A stretch of 64,000 nt of DNA from Candidatus Micrarchaeota archaeon. Lineage in GTDB: Archaea; Micrarchaeota; Micrarchaeia; Micrarchaeales; Micrarchaeaceae. The position numbers and the translations under genes are program-made. The notes below the pieces were generated by a model. The model was not told the DNA's origin, ran no database searches, and saw nothing but the letters and a program-made list of their open reading frames with translations. The stretch covers positions 6,289 through 70,288 of the forward strand of contig DAHWRK010000001.1 in assembly GCA_027339055.1 (NCBI GenBank), written 5' to 3'. Shown piece after piece: positions 37,881-46,397 of this stretch; within the stretch, counting starts at the first letter, position 1; each line of letters opens with the position of its first letter.

Positions 37881-39056
37881 TTATTTATTCTTCAGTTTTA
37901 AAAGCTTTGCGTCAAAGCTTATCGCAAGGCTATAGGAAAGCCCAGTATTTGAGAGATTTATAGAGATTTTGGCTGTGCCGTTTGTCAGGCCAGAGGCAAA
38001 CCTTTCCAGAGAGTCCATATAGCGCGAATCTGAATTAAGAGGATCGAAAATGAATTTTATCCCGGATCCATTGTATTCGAAGTCTGTTGAGGCTGATACC
38101 GTGCGCATTATTTCCAAAATCATGCGCTCTGGATTCCTGGAATGCCGCATGTCGAATCCAAATTCCTTGTTGGCGTATTCGCCAAGCGTGCGCATTTCGG
38201 GAATTGGGCCCCTTACGTGCTTTACTGTTGAAATTATAATCGCGTTGTATATCCAAGAGAAGTCCCCCCGTTCTCTCTTTTTTATGTGCGAAGCGGCGAG
38301 ATGCTTTGCGAAATTTCGCATAAGTGCATTTTTATCTATCGCGGAGGCGCCCTTCTGGCCTGTTTCAAACACGCATTCTTCCGCACCGTTGCATGCGCAC
38401 TCGCTTTCGTGCATTGCTATATAGGAATTCCTGGCGCTGCTTAGAAAACCTGAAATTATCCCTGCCTCGAATGAATGGGCGTTGAATCCAAGCTTAATGC
38501 TTGGATTTGATTTTAAAGTCACAACAGGGCTTCCATACTTTGATATCTTATATTTTGCAGCATAGCCCAGCTTCTGGAAAAACTTAGCGAGCTCAGGTAT
38601 TGAATCCTCATACCATTTGGGCCTTGAGCTTACGGCTTGGCTGTAATACAGCTTGCCAAGCCTGAATCCTGATCGGTATTGCTCGCTTGCATGCATGCTC
38701 AAATACATGATGAGCTTTGAAAACATTATGGCCTCTGAAGAAACTAAGCTTTCATCGCCGACGCTCTGAGCGAGCAGGTTCTTTATGATTGCATGGTTGT
38801 ATGAATCTGGAGGCCCTGGGGCGTAATTCGCCGGCGGGGGCTCGACTTTTCCTTTTGCGCGTGGCAATTTAACCTTGCCTGCTTTCGAGGCTTTTTTTAT
38901 AGGTTGGCGGCGCCTTTGCATCTTGGATTTAGCAATTTTTGCAATTTCCGCTTTTCTTGGGTTTTTGTCTGCTGTGCTCGCTTTTCCAGGTTTTTTTGCA
39001 TGAGCCCGATGTATTTGCCGGTTTCTTTTCCCGTCATTTTGGCGTTTTGCTGCCAT
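37881..39056 (-). CDS. V4R-domain protein with a Lys/Arg-rich N-terminus
   Basis: HSFEAGIISGFL...HESECACNGAEECVF fits V4R. Confidence 0.75.
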   Translation of the reverse strand: MAAKRQNDGKRNRQIHRAHAKKPGKASTADKNPRKAEIAKIAKSKMQRRRQPIKKASKAGKVKLPRAKGKVEPPPANYAPGPPDSYNHAIIKNLLAQSVGDESLVSSEAIMFSKLIMYLSMHASEQYRSGFRLGKLYYSQAVSSRPKWYEDSIPELAKFFQKLGYAAKYKISKYGSPVVTLKSNPSIKLGFNAHSFEAGIISGFLSSARNSYIAMHESECACNGAEECVFETGQKGASAIDKNALMRNFAKHLAASHIKKRERGDFSWIYNAIIISTVKHVRGPIPEMRTLGEYANKEFGFDMRHSRNPERMILEIMRTVSASTDFEYNGSGIKFIFDPLNSDSRYMDSLERFASGLTNGTAKISINLSNTGLSYSLAISFDAKLLKLKNK

Positions 39057-39072
39057 TTCACCTTACCTGTTT

Positions 39073-39585
39073 TCACTTATTTCCTGATTTCCTTGGCTTC
39101 CTTATTGCGCATGAGGGTTTTGAAAGCTTGCTTGAATAGTATCCAAGTATTACAAGGTTTAGTGCGAGCGCAGCAAGCATCAGCGGGGTCTCGTAATTTG
39201 CTATAGTTGTGTCGAGGCTTATTATCGAGCCAGAGCTCAGCCCTATTACGGCAAGATACGAAAGCGCGGAGAAGCTGCAACCGCAGCTTACCGCGAAACT
39301 GCCAGCCAGGGCCACTGCGCTCCCGGAGACCGGTGCAGATAACTTGGCCCTGTTGTTTTTCGTATTGAAGGCAGAGTATATGGCCAATGTAACGAGAACC
39401 GATGAGGTTATTGCTATCAGATAGAACAGGTATTCTGAAGCATTGTTGTTGAAAAGTATTATCTTGTTGTCGATAAGGACTATGCCCCTCATCACGAAGT
39501 AGTATATGAAAAAGGCTGCGATGTTCAGCGCAATGTATTTTGGCTTTCTTATGTAAAGCGCCCTAAACGTTTCGTAAACACCCAT
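39073..39585 (-). CDS. multi-pass membrane protein with a CxC motif
   Basis: About 4 TM segments, SCGC and C-terminal KPSC. Resembles the 1682-2200 protein. Confidence 0.7.
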   Translation of the reverse strand: MGVYETFRALYIRKPKYIALNIAAFFIYYFVMRGIVLIDNKIILFNNNASEYLFYLIAITSSVLVTLAIYSAFNTKNNRAKLSAPVSGSAVALAGSFAVSCGCSFSALSYLAVIGLSSGSIISLDTTIANYETPLMLAALALNLVILGYYSSKLSKPSCAIRKPRKSGNK

Positions 39586-40602
39586 TCAAACACCCATGGC
39601 AGACTCAAGATCCTTTATTCCCTGCAACTGGCAAACTGGCGGAGTATTATTAAGCGAGGGGCACAGGTAGGCCACGTAAACATCTGCAGCCGCGTACTCG
39701 CCCCAGGCGAACTGATCGTTGAAATTCTTGAGCTGTGACAATACCTGTGCGTGCGTTTCGTTTGTCAGTGGAAGGGTTGACGTATTAGGGGTTGTATTTC
39801 CGAAAACTATCCCGGTAGCCCCTGGAACAAGAACTTTTCCCCAGAAGGTAAACGGCGTACCTTGGAAATCGTTAGTAGAGTTCATGAATGACATTGCCGA
39901 CTTGTACGTGGCATTCGGTGCTTGGCTTACAAAATAGGATAGAGGCTGTACCTCAAATCCGTCCACTATTGGGGATTCATAGTCTGCCGATATGAAGTTT
40001 ACATATTTGCTGCTGTAATAGTTGCCAAAGCCAACTCCCTCTGGAATTGTGTAGTTGTTGTTGTTCCAGTATATAGTAGGAACGTCATGGTCGCCGAAGC
40101 TGCTGTAGCCTTCATACAGCTTCGAAAAATTGCCAAAGCGAGACAGGGCAAGAGCCATCGCCCACCTGTTCTCTCCGCAGAATACGCAGGATATTGCGCC
40201 TATGTATATCACGCTGGGCTTTCCGTTTACCACGAAAGTATGGTTTGACTTCAAAGTAGGGGGCGTGTCTATTATCTCGTCGGTTAACGAACCGTTGAGA
40301 AGCTTCAGGGCTGCAGTGTTGAAATATGAATTAGAGGCATTGTTTATTATCGACAAGTATTGAGGGCTGAATGGAACGTCTATGTTGGTAAGCCTTGAGC
40401 CGAAATGCTTGTTTGGTGGCTTGAGCGGATTTACCATTGCGAATGCAAGTATTATTACAACTAACAAGAGCACTATCGTACTCCACTTATAGCGATTCTT
40501 CTGTTTTGAAAGTTCTGCTATGGACTGTTTGGTGCGATGCGCCTTAGATTTAGACATCCCAGCAAGTCTTCGGAACCTCATTGCCAAAACCGTATCAATC
40601 AT
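39586..40602 (-). CDS. DUF929-like exported thioredoxin-fold protein
   Basis: TM anchor and GKPSVIYIGAISCVFCGENRWAMALALSRFG. Start may be the ATG at 40557. Confidence 0.8.
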   Translation of the reverse strand: MIDTVLAMRFRRLAGMSKSKAHRTKQSIAELSKQKNRYKWSTIVLLLVVIILAFAMVNPLKPPNKHFGSRLTNIDVPFSPQYLSIINNASNSYFNTAALKLLNGSLTDEIIDTPPTLKSNHTFVVNGKPSVIYIGAISCVFCGENRWAMALALSRFGNFSKLYEGYSSFGDHDVPTIYWNNNNYTIPEGVGFGNYYSSKYVNFISADYESPIVDGFEVQPLSYFVSQAPNATYKSAMSFMNSTNDFQGTPFTFWGKVLVPGATGIVFGNTTPNTSTLPLTNETHAQVLSQLKNFNDQFAWGEYAAADVYVAYLCPSLNNTPPVCQLQGIKDLESAMGV

Positions 40603-40660
40603 ATTTAAAATAAAGAATATATAATCTTTTGTATTATGTTTTTACCTTGAGGGAATTTTT

Positions 40661-41461
40661 ATGGCATCGGCACAGCTTAGCGCTAAAAACGAGGAAGTCA
40701 AGCACAAACAGAAGCTAGAGTTCATAGATGCGCACTGTCATCCTGACTTTCTTTGCGACGAGGAACTTGATATTGCAAATGGAAGAGGAGTAACGGCGTT
40801 TGTAGTCAACGGCGTAGACACCAAGTCAAACATGTCGATAATGGGAGAAAGATGGCGCTCGGGAGTGTTCGCGGCTTTGGGCGTCCACCCTGAGAATGCC
40901 CTGAAGATGGCGGATAACGAAATCGATTACAACGTAAACCTGATAAGGGCAAATGCAAAGAGCGTATCCGCAATAGGAGAAATAGGCCTTGATTATAAAT
41001 TTGCAAACAACGAAAAAGATAGGGAAAGGCAAAAAGAAGTCTTCAAAAAGTTCGTGAATCTTGCGATAGAGCTTGACAAGCCCGCCAGCGTCCATTCTAG
41101 GGACGCGTTGGACGACGTCTTGGATATTCTCGGCGCATCAGCGATAAAGAAGGCCCATATCCACTTTTTTGAAGGGAATGCAGAGCAAGCTGAAAGGGTG
41201 GCAAAAATGGGATTTATGGTCTCCGTGCCGCCAATGCACTCAGCAAAAAGAATGGCAGCCATTGAGCCGATACCTATATCAAACATAATGGCAGAGACTG
41301 ATTCTCCAACAGCAGGCATGCACGTATATGACATTGACAAGTCGGTAATGCTGATTGCCAAAGCCAAGGGCATGGATTTCGAAAGCTGCGCCGTTAAGAT
41401 AGCAGACAATACAAAAAGATTCTTTAATATTGGCGTTCACAATCTAATTCGACGGATTTAA
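40661..41461 (+). CDS. TatD family DNase
   Basis: IDAHCH, GVHP, IGEIGLD, VHSR and ETDSP motifs. Confidence 0.93.
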   Translation: MASAQLSAKNEEVKHKQKLEFIDAHCHPDFLCDEELDIANGRGVTAFVVNGVDTKSNMSIMGERWRSGVFAALGVHPENALKMADNEIDYNVNLIRANAKSVSAIGEIGLDYKFANNEKDRERQKEVFKKFVNLAIELDKPASVHSRDALDDVLDILGASAIKKAHIHFFEGNAEQAERVAKMGFMVSVPPMHSAKRMAAIEPIPISNIMAETDSPTAGMHVYDIDKSVMLIAKAKGMDFESCAVKIADNTKRFFNIGVHNLIRRI

Positions 41462-41568
41462 GGGCCCGTAGCTCAGCTTGGACAGAGCAGCAGCCTTCTA
41501 AGCTGATGGTCGCGGGTTCAAAATAAGTTTAGCTGTTCGCTAAGGCTATGGAATTCCCGCCGGGCCCG
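41462..41568 (+). tRNA. tRNA-Arg(UCU) with a 32-nt T-loop intron (41523-41554)
   Basis: Acceptor stem GGGCCCG/CGGGCCC and anticodon loop CTTCTAA. BHB-guided removal restores the T-loop TTCAAAT. Confidence 0.92.
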
Positions 41569-41986
41569 AATCCGCGCTTTCTTTTTGGCTTCTCCCCCCT
41601 CTCTTGTCCTGCTTGCCCTGCTTCGCGTTCGCGAATTCTATGGAGAGATCCTCTTCCGAAGGCGTTTCCATCCATGCCTTTATGTAGGACGCTATGTTTC
41701 TGAAAGGCTTCGAATACCGGTCCGTAAGCTCGTATATCGAATTTTCGTGCTTAAGCAGCCCAAGCTGAACGGCATAATCAAGGTATCTCTTTGCCGTGGC
41801 AATAGGTATGCCATCGGGAACGTCCTTGAGCCGCAGCCCGCCCTTCTTTGCCATGCTTAAAAGTACGGCGAACCTGTACGCCTCGGTTTCGTTTTCGAAG
41901 AATATCCTTGCAATGTCCGCAACCTTTGGGTTCTTGACCTTCTCCCTGAAAGGCGCATCTTCGAATTCCCAGTATTTTATCGCCAT
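41546..41986 (-). CDS. winged-helix-like hypothetical protein overlapping tRNA-Arg on the opposite strand
   Basis: IPIATAKRYLDYAVQLGLLKHENSIYELT. SD GGAGGT precedes the ATG at 41986. Confidence 0.75.
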   Translation of the reverse strand: MAIKYWEFEDAPFREKVKNPKVADIARIFFENETEAYRFAVLLSMAKKGGLRLKDVPDGIPIATAKRYLDYAVQLGLLKHENSIYELTDRYSKPFRNIASYIKAWMETPSEEDLSIEFANAKQGKQDKRGGRSQKESADSGPAGIP

Positions 41987-42048
41987 TTTTACCTCCGCAG
42001 ACATATCTGATTATAAGCATATATTTTTATCCATGGGAGAGCTTGAGC

Positions 42049-43152
42049 TTATCTTTCCTTTATGAACGTGACTGTGTCCCTGTCGCGCAGTACGTGCTTT
42101 ACCCCTACGCGCTGGTTCCTGAATTTCACGCTGGGGCCATCGACGAATGCGCATTTTAGCTCGTCCACTATTGAGGTATGTATTTTTCCGGCCAGCTCAC
42201 CTACGGTTGCATTCTTGCTTATTATGATCGGTTCAGAATCTCCCCCTATTTTTGGCTTTAGGAATATCCTCATTATGCCAAGATTCTCGTATATACCTGC
42301 CTTCAATTCGTTTATTCCGTGGCCGGTGGTTGCGCTTATTGGAAAAACCTGCATTGGGTAGCGCTTCGAAACATCCGATTGTATGTTTTTGTTTTGCCCA
42401 AGCAGATCCACTTTGTTTAGGGCTATTATCCCTCTCATGTAATATGCCTTTTCCGATATTATTGCTATAAGGTCGTCCTCGTTTACCTTGTCCCATATCT
42501 TGACTATTGCCTTGAATATGCCAAATGCATTGAGTATTGCTTTTATGTCGTCTTCAAGAAGCCCGGATTTGTTTACTTCCAGCATTATACCGTTGGCATC
42601 GTTCTTCTTTATTATCGAGATGCGCGGCTTTTGTTCGTTTATGTGTATATTGAGGCCCTTAAGTTCCGCCATGAGTGCGTCAAGCTGCCAAGCGTTGGTA
42701 GCATCAATCACAAAGACCACCAGTTCCGAAACGCGCATTTGCGCTATGACCGCCTTCCCGCCGCCCTTTCCTAGGTGTGCGTCTTCTATTATGCCAGGCA
42801 TGTCAAGAACCTGTATGTGCGCGCCGTTGTATATCATGGTCCCAGGTATTATGGTAGTCGTTGTAAATGCGTATGCCGCAGTCTTTGACCTCGAATTTGT
42901 AAGCACGTTCAGTAGTGAGGACTTTCCGGCGCTTGGAAATCCGAGCAGCGATATGGTGGAGTCTCCGGTCTTTTTTATGAAAAATCCCTTGCCGTGCTGC
43001 CGTTTTCCGGCTTCCACAAGTTCTCGGCGTGCTTCTGCTACCTTTGAACGCAGCTTTGCAAGATGCTTGTTGGTGGCCTTGTTGTCCTTTGTCTTCGAAA
43101 GTTCTTCTTCAAGTTCTTCGAGCCTTTGGTTTACGGCCTCCTTTTTGTCCAT
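42049..43152 (-). CDS. DRG/OBG-family GTPase with a TGS domain
   Basis: KATNKH, GFPSAGKS, YAFTT, DMPG and NKVD motifs, C-terminal TGS. Confidence 0.93.
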   Translation of the reverse strand: MDKKEAVNQRLEELEEELSKTKDNKATNKHLAKLRSKVAEARRELVEAGKRQHGKGFFIKKTGDSTISLLGFPSAGKSSLLNVLTNSRSKTAAYAFTTTTIIPGTMIYNGAHIQVLDMPGIIEDAHLGKGGGKAVIAQMRVSELVVFVIDATNAWQLDALMAELKGLNIHINEQKPRISIIKKNDANGIMLEVNKSGLLEDDIKAILNAFGIFKAIVKIWDKVNEDDLIAIISEKAYYMRGIIALNKVDLLGQNKNIQSDVSKRYPMQVFPISATTGHGINELKAGIYENLGIMRIFLKPKIGGDSEPIIISKNATVGELAGKIHTSIVDELKCAFVDGPSVKFRNQRVGVKHVLRDRDTVTFIKER

Positions 43153-43291
43153 TATTACACTTATAAAATTAATTTACTTTAATAAATTAATATATATGAA
43201 GATAAAATTTAATTTATTTTATAGTTTATTTTATTCAGTATATTTTTTATAGATTACTTTTGTAGTATGCATAAGTTTAAAAGTGAGATAA

Positions 43292-43384
43292 ATGGCAAAG
43301 GCAGCAAAAAAGAAGACTTCAAAGAAAAGCACAAAGAAGTCTAAACCAAAGTCAAAGTCAAAGTCTTCGAAGAAAAAGAGATAA
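43292..43384 (+). CDS. 30-aa Lys/Ser-rich basic peptide
   Basis: MAKAAKKKTSKKSTKKSKPKSKSKSSKKKR. GTGA SD, AT-rich promoter region upstream and T-rich terminator downstream. Confidence 0.65.
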   Translation: MAKAAKKKTSKKSTKKSKPKSKSKSSKKKR

Positions 43385-43433
43385 GGTTGTTACCCGTTGC
43401 TCTTTTTCTTTTTTTCTTTTTTTATGATTTTTA

Positions 43434-44732
43434 TCAGCCCGAAAATTTCGACATAAATCTTTTCATGTTCCTATCGTTTTTCAGCATGTTGAACGACTTC
43501 TTCATCTTTGCGAAGTCTGAAAGCAGCTCCCTTACCTCCTTTTCCGATGTTCCGCTTCCGAGCGCTATCCTCCTTATGCGGCCATCCTGATGCAATATGT
43601 GCTCGTCGAGGCGCTCCGCCTTGGTCATTGAGGATATTATTACCTTATATTTTACGAGCTTTTCCTCGCCCTTTTCTATGACGTCCTTTGGCATGTCGGA
43701 TGCGCCAAGCATTCCGAAAACGCTTTTGAGCGGGCCCATCCTATTCAACGCCTTGAGCTGCGCGTAGAAGCTTTCGAAATTTAGCTTTTGGACTTCTACT
43801 TCTTCGGGATTTATGTTTTCCGCAGTTATGGCGTTCTGGACTTTTTCGAGGAGATTTGCTATGTCAGGCATGCCAAGCAATGAGCCTATGAACCTTTCAG
43901 AGTTGTATGGCTCTATTTCTGACAGTTTTTCCCCGATGCCTATGAACATGACTTTGGCGTCGGCAGCATTGGCGGCGCTGAGTGCTCCGCCGCCCTTTCC
44001 TGAGCCGTCCATCTTGGTTATTATCAGGCCCGTTATGCCGACCGCATCGCCGAATTCGCTGGCGAGGCGACCGGCCACCTGACCTATATCTGCGCTGAGC
44101 ACCAGTATGGTGTCATCGGGCTTGAATTCTTTGTTTATCTCTTTTAGCTCGTCTATCAATTCCTCGTTTATCGAGTTCCTGCCGCTTGTGTCGCAGATGA
44201 TCACCTGCTTGCCCTTGAGAGCCTCAAGGCCCTGCTTGACTATTTTGGCGGCATTGCTCTCGCCTTTTATCCCGAAAAATGCCACGTTGGCCTGGGAAGC
44301 GAGAGTTTCTAGCTGCTCATAGGCAGACGGCCTAGTCACGTCGCAGCAGATTAGGCCAGCGCTTAAGCCCCTGTCCTGGTAGTATTTTGCCAGCTTGGCT
44401 GCCGTGGTGGTCTTTCCGGAGCCGTACAGGCCCATCAGGAGTATCCTGCGCGGCTTCATTTCAGGCTCATAGCTCTTGCCCATGAATGAGACAAGCTCGT
44501 TGTAGACTATGTCGGTTATATAATCGTGTGGGGTGATTCCGGGAGGCGGATTCGACTTGAGGGCCTTTTGCTCTATGCTGCTCGTGAGTTTCAGCACTAG
44601 CGAAACGTCTACGTCGCTGCTTATAAGTGTCTTTTGCAGCTCCTTGTCGAATTCCTTTATTGTTTTTGCATCTATTATGGTGGCTCGCGACAGTCTTGCC
44701 ATTGCCTTCCTGATGCCTTCTCCCAGATCCAT
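43434..44732 (-). CDS. srp54: signal recognition particle protein SRP54
   Basis: GLYGSGKTT, DTSGR, TKMDGSGKGGGALS and M-domain RIRRIALGSG motifs. Confidence 0.96.
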   Translation of the reverse strand: MDLGEGIRKAMARLSRATIIDAKTIKEFDKELQKTLISSDVDVSLVLKLTSSIEQKALKSNPPPGITPHDYITDIVYNELVSFMGKSYEPEMKPRRILLMGLYGSGKTTTAAKLAKYYQDRGLSAGLICCDVTRPSAYEQLETLASQANVAFFGIKGESNAAKIVKQGLEALKGKQVIICDTSGRNSINEELIDELKEINKEFKPDDTILVLSADIGQVAGRLASEFGDAVGITGLIITKMDGSGKGGGALSAANAADAKVMFIGIGEKLSEIEPYNSERFIGSLLGMPDIANLLEKVQNAITAENINPEEVEVQKLNFESFYAQLKALNRMGPLKSVFGMLGASDMPKDVIEKGEEKLVKYKVIISSMTKAERLDEHILHQDGRIRRIALGSGTSEKEVRELLSDFAKMKKSFNMLKNDRNMKRFMSKFSG

Positions 44733-44843
44733 AAAAACAGCCCTTCAGCTTCCTTGCTCTTTGGTTTTTACATTTATTAATTTATCCGTATTGCTGCGCA
44801 CGTTATTTAATTGATAACTGGAATTTATTATATAGTGATTGGA

Positions 44844-45974
44844 TTGAAGGTGCTCATCGCTCAGGCCAACCTCACCCTCAAGGGAGGCGCCGAAAAGGTA
44901 GTCCTGAAGATAGCCCAGCATTACCGCGCCAGGATAATAACGGCAGAATATGATCCAGAAGGCACATTCCCGGAATATCAAAAGCTGGACGTTGATGTAA
45001 TAGGTGGAAATTCCACGGGTTTTCCGGCTTATGGGAGAGTTTTTCAGGGATTGAAATACGGCCTCGGATTTTATAGCATGAGCGTGGACGAGGATTATGA
45101 TGTTATAAATGCGCATATAGCCCCGAGCCATTGGATAAGGAACAGGAACGAGCGCGTGCTTTGGTATTGCCATACCCCGCTGCGGGACGCGTATGATATG
45201 TACAGGTTCAGGATGTCGATGAAAAAGTTTTACCAGAAACCAGTGCATTATCTTGGCATAAAAGTGGTAAGGCGCATGGACAGGAAAGTGGTAAATAAAA
45301 TAGAACGCATAGTTGCCAACAGCCAGAATACCAAGGGCAGAATAGAAAAATACCTGGGAAGAAGCGATGCCAGGGTACTGGGCGGGGGAATAGACCATCA
45401 AAAGTACAGGAACAGGGGCGACGAACATTATTTTTTATACCCGTCAAGGATATCGCCCAACAAAAACCAGGAATTTGCCATAAGGGCATTTGAAGAATTC
45501 AGCAAAAAGAAAAAGGGATATAAGCTCATATTGATGGGTGCAGTATCGAAAGATGCATTTTACCAAGATTATTATAGGCGCATAGAGGGAATGGCTAAGG
45601 GCAGGAAGGACATCTCCATAATGGCAAATGTAGGCGAGGATGAGTTTAGGGATGCCTATTCGAGGGCGACCGCAGTGCTGTATCCGCCGATAAACGAAGA
45701 TTACGGGCTTGTGCCGCTTGAGGCCATGGCAAGCTCTAAGCCGGTCATAGCGCTCAACCAAGGCGGCCCTAGAGAGACAGTTATTGACGGCAAGACGGGC
45801 TATTTAGTCAGCGACGAGCATTCTATGTGCAACGCAATGCTGAAGATATCCGAGGAACCGGATATTGCCTCGATGATTGGAGAAAATGGGAGAAAACATG
45901 TGATCAAAAACTATTCCTGGAGGCGTTTCTTCACTGAATTCGACAAGGAGCTTAAATTAGCCTCCAAGTCATGA
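44844..45974 (+). CDS. GT4 family glycosyltransferase
   Basis: GGAEKV, WYCHTP and EDYGLVPLEAMAS motifs. Confidence 0.92.
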   Translation: MKVLIAQANLTLKGGAEKVVLKIAQHYRARIITAEYDPEGTFPEYQKLDVDVIGGNSTGFPAYGRVFQGLKYGLGFYSMSVDEDYDVINAHIAPSHWIRNRNERVLWYCHTPLRDAYDMYRFRMSMKKFYQKPVHYLGIKVVRRMDRKVVNKIERIVANSQNTKGRIEKYLGRSDARVLGGGIDHQKYRNRGDEHYFLYPSRISPNKNQEFAIRAFEEFSKKKKGYKLILMGAVSKDAFYQDYYRRIEGMAKGRKDISIMANVGEDEFRDAYSRATAVLYPPINEDYGLVPLEAMASSKPVIALNQGGPRETVIDGKTGYLVSDEHSMCNAMLKISEEPDIASMIGENGRKHVIKNYSWRRFFTEFDKELKLASKS

Positions 45975-45983
45975 AGCGAGGAT

Positions 45984-46334
45984 TTACTTTTCCGGCGGAT
46001 TAAGCGAAATCACGTATTTGGACATTACCTTTGCAACGTATTCCAGTATGCTCTTTACTTCCGGCTCTGTCCTCGCGCCGGTGCATATCATCTTGCCATT
46101 CTTGAATAGTATGACCGTCCTGGATTCGGATATCTTGAATATCGCCCCGGGAAACTGCTCAGGTTCATAGTCAACTGCCTTTACCTCCTTCGAAAGAGCG
46201 TATAGGTCTACGACAGCATGCAGGTCTGCACTGACAACTATGTTGTAAATAGATATTTTAGGAGATTCTAGGCTGCCGGTTTGGGCTCCAGCAGGCTTTG
46301 CATCGCTTTTTTTTGTGCTTTTCTTGTTTGGCGT
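45984..46334 (-). CDS. single-repeat TATA-binding-protein domain protein (probable ACG start)
   Basis: Hand-translated ...IYNIVVSADLHAVVDLYALSKEVKAVDYEPEQFPGAIFKISESRTVILFKNGKMICTGARTEPEV... 116 aa from ACG 46334 to TAA 45984. Confidence 0.85.
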   Translation of the reverse strand, partial: TPNKKSTKKSDAKPAGAQTGSLESPKISIYNIVVSADLHAVVDLYALSKEVKAVDYEPEQFPGAIFKISESRTVILFKNGKMICTGARTEPEVKSILEYVAKVMSKYVISLNPPEK

Positions 46335-46397
46335 TGAACCACCGCAGTTAATAATAAGTTTAAATAGAAAGCTATAAATACCGCAGAGGCGTTTCGC

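Noticed and set aside
43153-43290. AT-rich stretch as an origin or CRISPR leader
   Set aside because: No ORB motifs or repeat-spacer array; a divergent promoter region explains it.
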